Assembly: GCA_048013815.1 (NCBI GenBank) | Contig: CM106585.1 | Span: 4,774,001-4,838,000, forward strand | DNA: 64,000 nt | Direction of reading: 5' to 3' | DNA from: Setoptus koraiensis | Lineage: Eukaryota; Animalia; Arthropoda | Shown here: one piece after another, positions 46,850 to 58,600 of the stretch | How the letters are laid out: each line of letters opens with the position of its first letter | Numbering within the stretch: the first letter of the stretch is position 1 | The notes under the pieces: model-generated | The model's database searches: none | What the model saw: the letters and a program-made list of their open reading frames with translations, nothing else | What the model was told of the DNA's origin: nothing | Translations under genes and position numbers: made by a program

Positions 46850-48515
46850 TGTCAGGGTTGGTCGGACTGGCTACGAGTCGGAGCCCCGACTCGTTGGAAT
46901 CACTCGAATCGCTGTCGGCGATCATTGCGACGGTCAAAGGGGCAACGATTGGCCCCCTATCGACCGACTATCGATCCTATCGACTGACTATCGACTGAGT
47001 GCAATTCAGTCGATAGGAGGCGCGCCGGTGTCAAACAACTCGGGCGAGTGACGCAAGAGCCAGGCCGGCGGGCGCTAGTGACGCATTACGTCATTGAGCA
47101 CCAGCAACAGTGTTGGCGGCGCCGACATGGTTGCTCAAACATTGTTCAGTAAACAATGGCCAATTGATTTTGAGCACATTATACATGCCACGACCGTAAT
47201 CAAAATATATTGGTCTCGCTAACTGTCGCCGGCTAGCTGTTTTAGGTTGTCGACTAGGCCGTTTGGGCAATAAAGTCAAACGTTTTTGCCCCATTTAAGC
47301 CACACCGTCTATGGGGCCTCTCACAGGTTCCATTGTGTGGCTGCCACCTTGGCCACTGGCTAACCGTTGGTCTCTTTTGTGCTGGGCCTGCTGTGGCTGG
47401 CGCATGTGCATTCGGGGGGCCCCGTGCGCCGTGTCGGGATGGGTGTTTGTGTTTTATGTCGAAATAGTTGGCAGAGATTGCGTCAGAGGACGTGGCTGGT
47501 GCGTGAGACAAAAAGAGATTTGCAAATTTCTTGCACATGTGCGCGTGCCCACTGTAAAGGCACTTTAAACGCACAACCACAATTTGGCACAATGTTGGCG
47601 CGTTTATTAGTGGACGAGGCCGCCCGGGTTTGGCGGGCGCTGCTCACCGTGGCGCTGCAAGTGCCAGTTTTTCGCAGATTGACTTTCCATTCCAGAGATA
47701 ACAAGGTCACAAGTAAATCGACGCTCGCGCCCAAGACACTCGACCGAAAACTCAACGCCAGGCTGCGGGCCACGGCGGGGGTCAGCGGCGAGCTGGTGTG
47801 GGCGACATTTGCATTAGTATTCTTGTGTGCGACGCGCCAGCGGTGCAGCCAGCGAGTTGTGCTGCTCGTGTTGCGCAATATGCCGTGGCGCAACACGAGC
47901 AATAACAGCAACAGCAACGGCGCCAACAACAACAAACAACAACATCAACAGCAGCAACAGCGACAAACAACAACAACGGCGCGCGATTAATCATTCCCGT
48001 GCAGCGCTCCGTTAGGTGGCCTGTGGGCCGGCCAGTTTCGCCAGTCCCTTTGGGCCGTTTCGCCAGTTTCTTTTGGCTTTTTTCGCGGCTTGTGTGTCGG
48101 CTCACGGGCCCCTTGTCCTTGTCAGACTCTCTTGCTCTTGCTCTCGGTTGCGCGCGCCGGGCGCCCCAATTCTCAAAAGGGGCCCCAGTTGCGCGAAACA
48201 AAGATTGGCGCCGCTAAGCGTGTCAATTTTTGTGCGCCATCGAGCCGCCGAGGCCGCCCACTCGGCGGGCCCGCCGATTTCTGGCTGCCCGAGCTGGTCG
48301 CGCAAACCGGCCGCCCGAACCGGCCGCCCGAACAATACACTCGGTGGCACTGTGCGCCGGGCTGCCCGCGCCACAGAGCGCGCCGTGCGGCATGCACGCC
48401 GAACGGGGCCCCCACGGTTGGCCGATAATCAAGATAGATCCATTGCGACGCGCATTACACACGCCGACATTACACGATTGGACAGTGGCCAACGCCGGCT
48501 GGCGGGCTGACTAGA

Positions 48516-48516
<1 letters not shown>

Positions 48517-48555
<39 letters not shown>
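48517..48555. repeat. (GGCT)n microsatellite
   Basis: About 9-10 perfect units. Confidence 0.95.
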
Positions 48556-50651
48556 GGGCTGGCGGCTGGCGGGCGCGCGGGCCGCTGGCGGGCTCGCTCG
48601 CCGGGGCCCGTGTAATTAAATTAGCAGCAGTTAGTTCATTAGCGAGCGGAACTAGATCAAGATGGCGCATACACACACACACTCGACGGGTTGAGGACAC
48701 TGTCGCGCGATAGGAACCGCGTGCACCTAGACCGAAACTGAAACCGAAAACAATGGCGCCGGTGGGGCGCGCCAAACAGCGCGTGCATTGCGTAACGGGC
48801 CGCCGCCGGCTGCCGGCTCAAAACAATCTTGGTGTAATGGTTACTTTAACTTTTACTTTTGCTCTCCGCGCCAGTGTCTGGCTGTTGGCCCGCTGCTGGC
48901 ACGCTCATCATCAAGTAATCACCTTGCCCTACTAATTGAGCGCCCACGGTGCGCACCCAATTAAAGGGGCCCCGGCGCGTTTCTCGGCGAGCCCGGCGCG
49001 CGCGACACAATCGAACGACGTCTAATAACAACGCAACTTCCAAAGCAACGCATGGGCGCCCCATGCCCGATCGCGCGCCGCCACGCAGACAGCGGCCAAT
49101 GTCGGCCAACAATACGCATACAATACACAAACCCATATACCCATGCCGCGTATAAATATATAAGCGAGCGGCGCCATCTTCATTAGCGACTCGCAGATAA
49201 TTAACAAACAGTCGCCAGCTTGGGTGCCAATATCGTGCACGCGCTGAAACGGGGGCGCCGCTGCGCCGAGATTAGCGAGATTAACGCGCGCAAAGATGAT
49301 ATGATATGTTCGCCTATGTGTGCCCAATCAGCTACGCAACGCGCTCCAACGATCCGCTTCCGGCCGGCGAGCCACTCGCTGTTGCCGGCAATTGTCACAG
49401 GGGTCGGGCCCTGCGACAATCAGCACCTCGCCACTTGTGGCCAATCACTTTTTTGCGCTGGCCGCGATTTGAGTCCTGGCCCAAAAGTCCTGCTCCTTCG
49501 CGCTGAAGCGCGCTGCTTGCACTGCAAAAGTCCTGCTCCTTTGCGCCACAAAAGTTCTGCTCCTTTGCGCGGCCCAGGTCGAACCAGCGGCCAGTGGATA
49601 TCCACAAAATATTCACGAATTGGGCATTCATTGGGCGAATCCGTGCGCGGTACGAAATCATTAGCGGTCTCGCCGGCGAAACACGCTCCGTTTTCGACGC
49701 AATCATTTTTTCTTCGAAATATCCGACCACATTATTGCGTCATTCACATGTGCGTCTTGTGTGTCCATCGCTGGCCGGCGCACTCGAGTCTCGCTGGCCA
49801 GCACTCGAGAGGCGCCGGCGAGCGTCAAGTGAGCATTAATTTGTGCTCGCTCCGCTCAAAAGTTGCCATTGGGTGCCGAAGGTCGGCGCCGAGGCGGCCG
49901 CCCCCGCACCGTCGTGTATTCACATAATTTTATTATTTATTCCCTGTGGCCATGCGAGTTCATTTTTGACACATAACAAGCGAGCGAGAGAGCGCGGGGG
50001 CGCCACAGCGACACAGCGAACGAGCTAGAGAACAAGATAAAGAGAAGCGAGATGAGAAGAAGCCAAAGAAAAGTTGCCAATGCAAGGGGGCGCGAGGGCG
50101 CAATCTCGCCATCTAGCCATTATCTGCGCAACTTGAAGTGACTGCCAGCGCTGCGTTGCGGCCCGGCGCGCACCTATGCACCGTTAGCTTGCCATGTTTG
50201 TCTGACAAGCCAGCGCTATGTGTGTCGCTATGTGCCGTTATGTGCCGCTATGTGCCGCTATGTGCCGCCGAACACAACGCAAACACAACAAGGGCACAAC
50301 GCACACGCACACACATCAACACCAGTCTAGACAAAAGCGGCAAACGGCAAGCCAGCGAGCGAGCTCGGCCCGACGTATAAAAATGACAGTGTCGCGCCAC
50401 TATTACTAGCGTTATTATCATTATTATCGTGTTGCCAGTGAGGCTACTAGCAGCTACAGCAAGATACAGCAAGCGGCCTCGGTAATTCGCTTTGGTGATT
50501 ATGCGCCGCTTACCTGAATCGGCCAACGGTTACATAACATAGAGTGCGAAAAAGTTGCTGCGCCGTTCGGGTGGCGCGATTTATTTTTCTCCGGCGATCA
50601 TCGGCGGTCAAGTCGCACGACAGCCAAACAGAACAGCAACCACCAGCAACA

Positions 50652-50717
50652 GCCACAACAACCGCCGGCAACAGCCACAACAACCGCCGGCAACGGCCAC
50701 AACAACCGCCGGCAACA
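50652..50717. repeat. 22-bp tandem repeat, 3 copies
   Basis: gccacaacaaccgccggcaac recurs at 50652, 50674 and 50696. Confidence 0.9.
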
Positions 50718-50954
50718 GCAAGCCAACAGCAGCAAGCCAAAGCGGCAACAAAGAATTAGATTAGCACAGTACGACGGCGAGCAACAACGCAGCAATCGAG
50801 CAATATCGCCAGAGTGACCATTAATGAGCGACTCGAGCGTGTGTGGTCAACTGAACGGCTCGGCCGCAAACAGCCCGGCCCCAGCCAGGGGTCATGTGCG
50901 CCGCGTTGCCGGCCCGAGCGAGCGTATAAATAAAGTGAATAAGAAGAAGTGGTT

Positions 50955-50985
50955 TATATTTGTATTTGCGGGCCCCCGAGTCAGT
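50955..50985 (+). promoter_or_regulatory. Possible core promoter (TATA-like element plus TCAGT initiator) for an upstream non-coding exon of the GPR158-like gene
   Basis: TATATTT at 50955 lies about 28 nt before the arthropod Inr TCAGT at 50981-50985. An acceptor-like cttacag/cag lies just before the ATG at 53150, implying a 5' UTR intron. Other TATA-like elements exist nearby. Confidence 0.25.
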
Positions 50986-53149
50986 AAGTAGCACACGAGT
51001 CGGCCCACTATTACACATAACGGTGCGCTGCGTTTATTTATTTAATGCCAGCGCCCCCCGCGCCCAGATAAAGAGAGATAATCTGATCAAGAGGCGCGAT
51101 ATTTATTCGCGGCGAACAGCGAGTCGCCAATCGCCCATCGCCCATCGCGATATCGAGTGCAAGTTGCAACAAAGAAGCGCCACAACACAGTGCAAAGAAG
51201 ATGCGCAAGCCGCCGACAACAACCAACGACAACAACAACAACCGACAACAACCAACAACAACCAGCGACCACCACAACAACTGACGACAACTGACGAAGA
51301 CAACAACCGACCACAACAACCAACGGCAACAACCGACCACAACAACCAGCGACAACAACCGATCACCACGAGCCAAGAAAAGAAGCTGAGCGAGATAAGC
51401 CGCCAAACGCAAACCAACGAACAATATCAATGATACAGTGATAAACATATCCATCACTGATACCCGTAGAGTGGCCATTGTTGTTACGCGGCAACCTGTT
51501 CACATGCACCGAGCTTGCAATTATCCAGCAGCGCTGATTGACCGAAAAGTTGCGTGACACCACTGATTTGGCTACCGCCGGGGCCCGCTTGACAGGCCGC
51601 ACTGTGGGCCCACCAATCAACTCGCTCATCGATCAATGGCGCTGACATTATCGCCAATTATTAACAGAAATTATGAACAGGTACCGTCAAACAGCGACCG
51701 TTAGCATATTGCCAGCAAATCATTTTTGCAGTTGTAATATCTGCTCTTGTTTGTGTTGTTGTAGGCGCCACCGCTGCTGCCATATTGCACCGGCGCCACT
51801 GTCAGTGCCATAATTAACTGTGTGTGTGTGCGTGTGTGTGTGGCCCATAAAAGGAGCCCAAACAAATTCCGCAGATCGCTCAATTATCGGGCGCGAGGTA
51901 TTGTCACACAGACGATACCCGTCACGAATACCCACTCGTGTGCTCGTGTGCCGGCCGGCCGGTGACCGACCTATCCAATAATTGAAATAATCGGAGAATA
52001 ATTCTCTCTCTCTCTCTCTCTCTCTCACTCATTCATTAGCGCTCATTATTGCAATTGTAACTGCACAGCAAATTGATAACGCATTATTTTCCACAAACAC
52101 ACACACACACCGTGTGCGGCTCAATTTTTGGGGCCCCTCAAGCTGAACAAACCCGCAAACGAACAAATTCTTTGCCTGTCCCCCAAAAGTCATCATATAT
52201 CACATCTAATCCCATCATTTATCACAACAGTGAATCAAGTGGCTCGCAGCAACATTAATAACTGACACACGCCAGCCAGCCAGTCAGAATGGGGCCCAAC
52301 AATAGTTGCCACAACAGTCGCCACAGCACGCTTGTCCCAACGACAGCAACAACAACAACGGCGAAATAGTTTGCCAAACGGCAAATGTTGTTGTTGTGTT
52401 GCATCAGCAAGGTCAAGATTATTGTTATTGTTACTATTACTATTACTACTGTATTACTGTTGCTGGCGCGCCATTTTGTTTCAAAACAAGCGATAAATTA
52501 CGAGAGCTCACCGAAGAACCGACCCCAGCGAAACAAAGCAAATGATGAACGTTACAAACGGCACAACAGTTTCTCTCACTCTCTCCATTGAGCTCCATTG
52601 AGCTCCATTGAGCGCTCAGTCGAAATATAAACATAATTAATTAATACACACACACGCACACACATTATGAGAGATGGCGGAGCGCGACGATTCAAAGTAA
52701 TAATGCATAATTAATTAATATAAACGTTCGAGATACCGAGTTACCGCCGAGAGCCGAGACTTGAGTTTGTTTTTTGCGCCTTTGACCTTTGCAGCAGCGC
52801 GCGCTTTTGCGTAACATAGGCGCCAATCGCCGGGCCCCCCCGCTCATCAGTCAGTCGCGGCGACGTATTTGCCACTTTTGCCAGTCAGACGTAATACGTA
52901 GCGCGCGTAGTTACGTAATGCGCGCAGCGAGCTTGTTATCAGTTTTGTTAATCTGATAGTGATTACTTGCACACAACATTGTCACACACTGTGTTTGTGC
53001 GTATTGGAATTAAAAATAGACGCAGCTAGACGAATTAAATTAAATTTCATTAACATCAACAGTGCGCGCAAATATATTTTCTATCAAGCTAATAAACAGA
53101 CAGATAAATAAGCTCACATTTATAAGCTCACTTACAGCAGTCAGTTGCC

Positions 53150-55629
53150 ATGAAGACGGGCAGCCTGTCGTCGTGTTATTTTGACGGCTCGCTGCGGGCG
53201 CCTCACTTAACACTGGCCACTTTATTAACGCTATTGTTTTTATGCAAATCATTTGTCTGCAACTCGAGTGCAACTAGCGCCACAACACCCACCAACAACA
53301 ACAACAACAACAACAACAACCATCACCACCTACACCATTGGCACCATTTTCACCGTCGTCCGTTAGAACAACAAACGCAACAGCAACGACAAAAATTGAT
53401 AGAAGCGTTTGCGAATCAAGCCAACGAAGCCGGCCAAACCGAAGCTGTGACGCCAAGTTTCTTGATAAACAAACAATCTAGTCTGGACTTTTGGATGTCG
53501 CTAGTAAACAGAAACGAAGAATTAAGCCTTAAATTGGCGCAATTAGAATCATTGTCGCACGAAACTAGCGCCCTACATTATTTAGACGAGATATACACAA
53601 GCGTGCAAGTGAGGCAACAACAACAACTTGTAGATTATCTGCATCAGCTCAAAAATGTCACCACATGGCCTTTAGCAAAAATACTAACTATTCTAATTAG
53701 GGGTCCCCTGCGCAGCGTCAATCTAGACGAGGCCGGCTGGCTGAGTTTGTCCGGCGAGGACAGGGTGCGCTTGTTGAGCGGAAGTGCGGTCAATGTGCCC
53801 GTTGTCAACAGTTTGAGCTCTATCGAGGCCCAATGGCACCAGCAATTGAACCAAGCGAACAACAACAGCACTCACAACGATGCCTTCGTAAATGAGCTCG
53901 ATCTGATCAGGTCGCTGTACGACGATGATAATGAACTGATGATTGACAACAACAACAACAGCAACAACAACAACTTGAGAGATGGCGACGGCGACAGTGT
54001 CACCTCGTCCACAAACGGGCCCGGCACGACCAAGGGCGACGACGACAACACTCACGGCTCGATCAACACAGAGACACAAGCAACAGAAACAACAGTGACA
54101 CCACAACTGCCTCAACAACAGCAACAACAGCACACCACCGATGCAAATCGCTCATCGAAGGGGCCCAAAGCGGGCCCCAGTTCGCCTCACAGTAACCTGC
54201 ACGAGTGCACCAGAACTACCTTTGACGAGCTCAATATAAAATACAGGCCCGTTTACGAGAGAAAATTGCATCGCCTCTACAGACGCCAGGCTCAATTGGC
54301 CGTGGATAATTCAAATCTGATAACTAATCTTCTCGTGCACTCAGATAATAAATTGTTGAGCAAGTATCTCAAGAGGAAATTCTTTAGATTTTTGGTGAAA
54401 TTGAATGTGCAAACAGACGAGAAAATACTAGCCTCTGGCCTTATATTCACCGATTCGGATTTGTCGTTGCTGGCGCAGCCAGTGCGCCGCTCCGTTGCCG
54501 CCAAATTTCAGTCGGTGCCGCACGCTGGCGCAACCGCCAGCACCGCCACCGCCAACAACAACAACAGCAACAACAACAGCAACAACAGCAGCAACAACAA
54601 CAACGGCATCGACGGCAACAGCACTATCCACAGTCGGATATTGGCACCAACAACAAATCCAGCTGCACCAGAACAAATCCAGGGGTCAGTTGCGACCAGA
54701 TGCAACGCCAGTTGCAGCGTTGAACCGGCAACAATACCCGGCACCGGCACGGGTACCCGTGCCGGCACCAGCGGCGGTGAGCATATTGGCTCGGCGGCGG
54801 CGGCGGCGGCCATTAGAAGAGGAAAGAGACAGTATTTATTCAACTTCCGGCGTCATTATGATACAAGTAGCAGCGACGGTGCGCTCATGCTAGGCTACGA
54901 TACTGGCTCACATCAACCAGACAACTATAACAACGACGATCACAATGAGCCCATCGATGGCCGTTTCATTTATGCGCCCACCGTGTACCGGAAATTGCCG
55001 ATTGGTCGCCATCAGACGCCGGGCATCGGCGAGGCTACAGTGAATAACAACAATAATAACAATAATAATGACGACGACGATACGACCGGCCAATCAAGCT
55101 ACGATCAGCAAGCCGGCAAGCTGGCCACATCAAGTAGGTCAAGTGTGGCCAGCGAGTCCACCTATGTAGATCTCGGTCAGCATCGAGTGGCCGGACTGCA
55201 CAGCAACTCGGTGAATAGCTACTTCAAGCCGGATAGGCCAATAGATTTCTACAACATTTGGCAGGCCAATTATCGTCACAGTCAAGCGACGACAACAGCC
55301 AATCCGACCGACCTAGACAACGGCAACAGTAACAACGGCAACGGTGGTGATAACTTTTCTAATTTGACGCCTATAAATGAATTAATTGAAAGATTGCACA
55401 AGCAACATGAAGCAAATTTTGCCTCAACAACCACGACATATAGTGGCCAGTCAAACAACTACAACAACAACAGCAGCAGCGCCGATAGATCCACCTTCAA
55501 TTTGTATTACACCGACGGCAAATGGTCGGCGCCCTATTTAGATTGCGGCGTCACCAATACCTGGCTTATCACATATTCTGTGCCATTCTTCAGCCTAGAT
55601 CCGCGCCATCCGACCAGACCCCTATTCAG
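53150..55629 (+). CDS. GPR158/GPR179-like class C GPCR, first coding exon only (signal peptide plus Cache-like ectodomain); 3' partial
   Basis: Signal peptide LTLATLLTLLFLCKSFVC; EKILASGLIF; terminal YYTDGKWSAPYLDCGVTNTWLITYSVPFF matching the W-x-x-P-Y-x-D-C-G...W-x-x-T-Y-x-V-P-F-F motif of the GPR158 family. The ORF ends at a cag|GTGAGC donor (55630). No further exon was recognised in the window. Confidence 0.75.
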
Positions 55630-58600
55630 GTGAGCGAACTGTGCCTCTGTGCAGCCTAGAATATGCCTCTCTCTCTCTGTTCCATTTCCGGTTCGCTTGC
55701 TTTTATTTTATTTTTCAATTGTTAGCCAGTTCATCTGACTCACTTGCGAGGTGATTTGTGGCTGCCACATGCAGCCTTTGGCCTTTCATCGGCCCAGTTA
55801 CGAATGAAACGATTTCAAGTTCACATTTGCCGCCAATAACGGGCCATTGTTCTCGCAACAAAGTAATCGAAATCAAACGTTGTGCTGGTCGCCATCAATC
55901 AAACAGAGTGCGCCCCTCATTGTGCGATCTCGGCGGGCCGGCTAACAAGCCGAAATTGGCCCGTTCCATTGTAGCGCACTCTATCTATTTTATTTTATTT
56001 TTATTTCCACAACAACGACATTCGGCCTTTTTTGGGCTCACCTGTTCTGGACACACGAAATCTGGTGGCCAGAGAGCGGGGCCAGTCTCGCTGGGTGTCT
56101 CACTGTGTGTCTCACTGAGGCAAATGTCGAAGATTGATAACAATCGGCTTGGCGGGCCCCACGGCTGTGTCCGGCGCCGGCAACGATTTCGGACAGAGGA
56201 AAGGGCAAATGGAGCGCCAGTCGGGCGCTCCATTCCAGCGCGAGCACGCAGCGCACCGAAAAGGAAATCGCAACCTCGAAATAATCGGCCCAAGTGACGC
56301 GATCCAACCGAACAAAAAATTCGCCACTCAAAAAAGAAACCGCTCCAGATTGGGGCGCCTATTTGCTTACACTGGCTCTTGGTCTCACAGCGCGCGCGGC
56401 TTTGCCCGGTTCGCGCAACTCGTTTTAATTTCCAAACAGTTGCGAAAATCGCCCTTGCATTGCAGCAGTGTGCAATGGCCACGGATTCGGGGGCCCATTG
56501 TGTGGGCTGGCTGAATTGTAAGTTTTTCAATGACTCCATGCTTTTGTTTGTGTGCGAATGTAGCGGAAAAACGGCGCTGGCCAGATTGAATTGAAATGAG
56601 CGAGCTAAACAAGCGAAAAATTTGTGTGAAAAAAAGCAGGCTCCATTCATCCATTCTTGTCTGGAATCTCTCGAATCAGTGAATGTGTGCGATTCTTTCG
56701 CACGGTCCCCTTTCGCGCCGGCTGCTTGTGTACATATTGCAACATTTTATACGGGTATTGAGTTGCGTCAAGTCAATTCTCGAGAGCTCTCAAGCGGCCC
56801 CCGATACACAATATCCGAGGCTTGCGAAATGATTCTTTTCGCACTTTCTGTCCGTCTGGCAATACTTCGAGCGACGCCACTCGGGCGCCGCTTCGAGAGC
56901 GCATTGGGAAAATTTCAATATTCGAGCTCATTCTCGCCCGACGCACTGTCGGCCGGAGACGGATAAGTTACTTATGATAAGTACGAGCGCAATGCCGCAT
57001 ACAATGGAGCATTATCTCTGCGCGCCGCAACGGGCCGCACGGGCCGCAACGGGCCGCAAACGAGCGAGCCTAATTTGAGCGGACTAGCAAGTCGAAAGTT
57101 CATCTTGATCGCCTGCCAAGTGCGCCGCGCCGGCCCGGCCGCCCCATCGACCGGCCCCGGCAATCAGGCGGCGCCCGACGCTGCTCGCTGGCGCTATCTG
57201 ATGAGCTCATTTGGGCACGCACACTCGGGCTATTTGTGCGCCAGCCGCCAAATTCATTCAGCGGCGCAATATTTTATTTTTATCTGGGGCCCAAATCTGT
57301 CGGAATCAAATCAGTGCAAGCGCTGATCAAAATGCAGATATTGTATATATTACACGCACACACACACGACAATATCGCTGGCCGCCAGAGATTGTCGTAA
57401 TGGGCCGGCCAGTGTAATGGCTGTTTGTGCGCGATGCGGGCGCCACTGCCTGCGCTGATGATGACGACAAAATGAATTAAACAAACCCCGACCGCGCCGG
57501 GCCCGACCGAGGCCGCGGACACGGAACCGCACATAGTTGCGCAACCACAAACGACAATGCTGAACGCACCGAAGATGAACTTGACTTTAAGCCGGCCCGC
57601 CGGCGGCGCCAGTTTGAATGGCCGCTACGGACGCAACGGGGCTTTGGCGCGCCAGTGCATCACTGCAAGAGCTTATTGCGCCAGCGACCACGGCGACCGA
57701 AGCGACCATGGCGCGCGCATAGCGACTTTGGCGACTAGGCGAGCACAGCGACTTTGGCGACTTGGCGAGCACAGCGACTTTGGCCACTGTCGCGCAACTT
57801 GGCGACTGTCGGGTAACTTGGCGCCCATTCAATGGTCGGCTCGGCGGCTTTCTGACGAACGGGATAATCCTGGCGGATTGACAGAGAGAACAAGGTGATT
57901 TGCTTGCAGCGCGCACTGCATTAGCGCCGTGTGTCGGGCCGGCCAGCATTAGCGCGCCGTGTGCCGGGCCGGCATGTCGCGCGCGCCGGGGCCCCAGTGC
58001 GCATGCAATAAACAGATGGATCTGATGCTATTACTGAATTAGTATGGCCGAGCACTAACTAAACTCAGATATTTATGGACAGACAAAGATATAAACGTTG
58101 CCACGAGTGGCTGCCACTGGCGGCAGCTCAACTTTTGGAGACATCAAATCAGTTTTATGGCCAGCGCACAACAAAGCGGCCCCAGCGCCAACGGTCAGCT
58201 AAGCCGCCAGTTGGGGCCAGTTGGGGCCAGCGCAAACATTGTGTGCATTATCTGGCTTGGCACAGGCCCCACTCGCGCCGACGAGTGGGTCCGAGCTGGA
58301 GCGCCGCCACTGGCTCACAAAACTAGCTTGCCAAAATTAACTGGCGCGCTAATTTTGATGGCGAGCGGGCGGCGCTGTTCGCTTGCTCGCTGCTGGCAAC
58401 ACTCAATTTGAGTGACTAGAAACAACGCAAATCCGCCAAACTCCATTCAGTGATTGTCATTGAGCATCCCGATTGGGGCCCAATAACCAAGATGCCGTCT
58501 CTCGCAAGACGTTGTGCGTCTCCTGTCACTGGCGTCCAGTCGCCTCTGATGCACTCTGCCGGCGCACGACCGGCTGCTCCGCATACGCGACACGGTCGCC

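Larger units (their letters stand above)
42835..52919. promoter_or_regulatory. Homotypic cluster of seven perfect PAR-bZIP/E4BP4-type sites (RTTAYGTAAY on either strand)
   Basis: GTTACATAAC at 42835, 45670 and 50529; GTTACATAAT at 44437; GTTACGTAAT at 44942 and 52910; GTTATGTAAC at 45205. Confidence 0.45.

Noticed and set aside
48508-48520. TGACTAGAT matching the miR-279 5' end
   Set aside because: Only the seed matches; it runs into a GGCT microsatellite with no hairpin.
42003-53149. Many overlapping 60-235 aa ORFs upstream of the GPR158-like exon
   Set aside because: Low-complexity, Arg/Ala/Cys-rich products open in several frames at once, as expected from GC-rich and microsatellite DNA; no recognisable domains.
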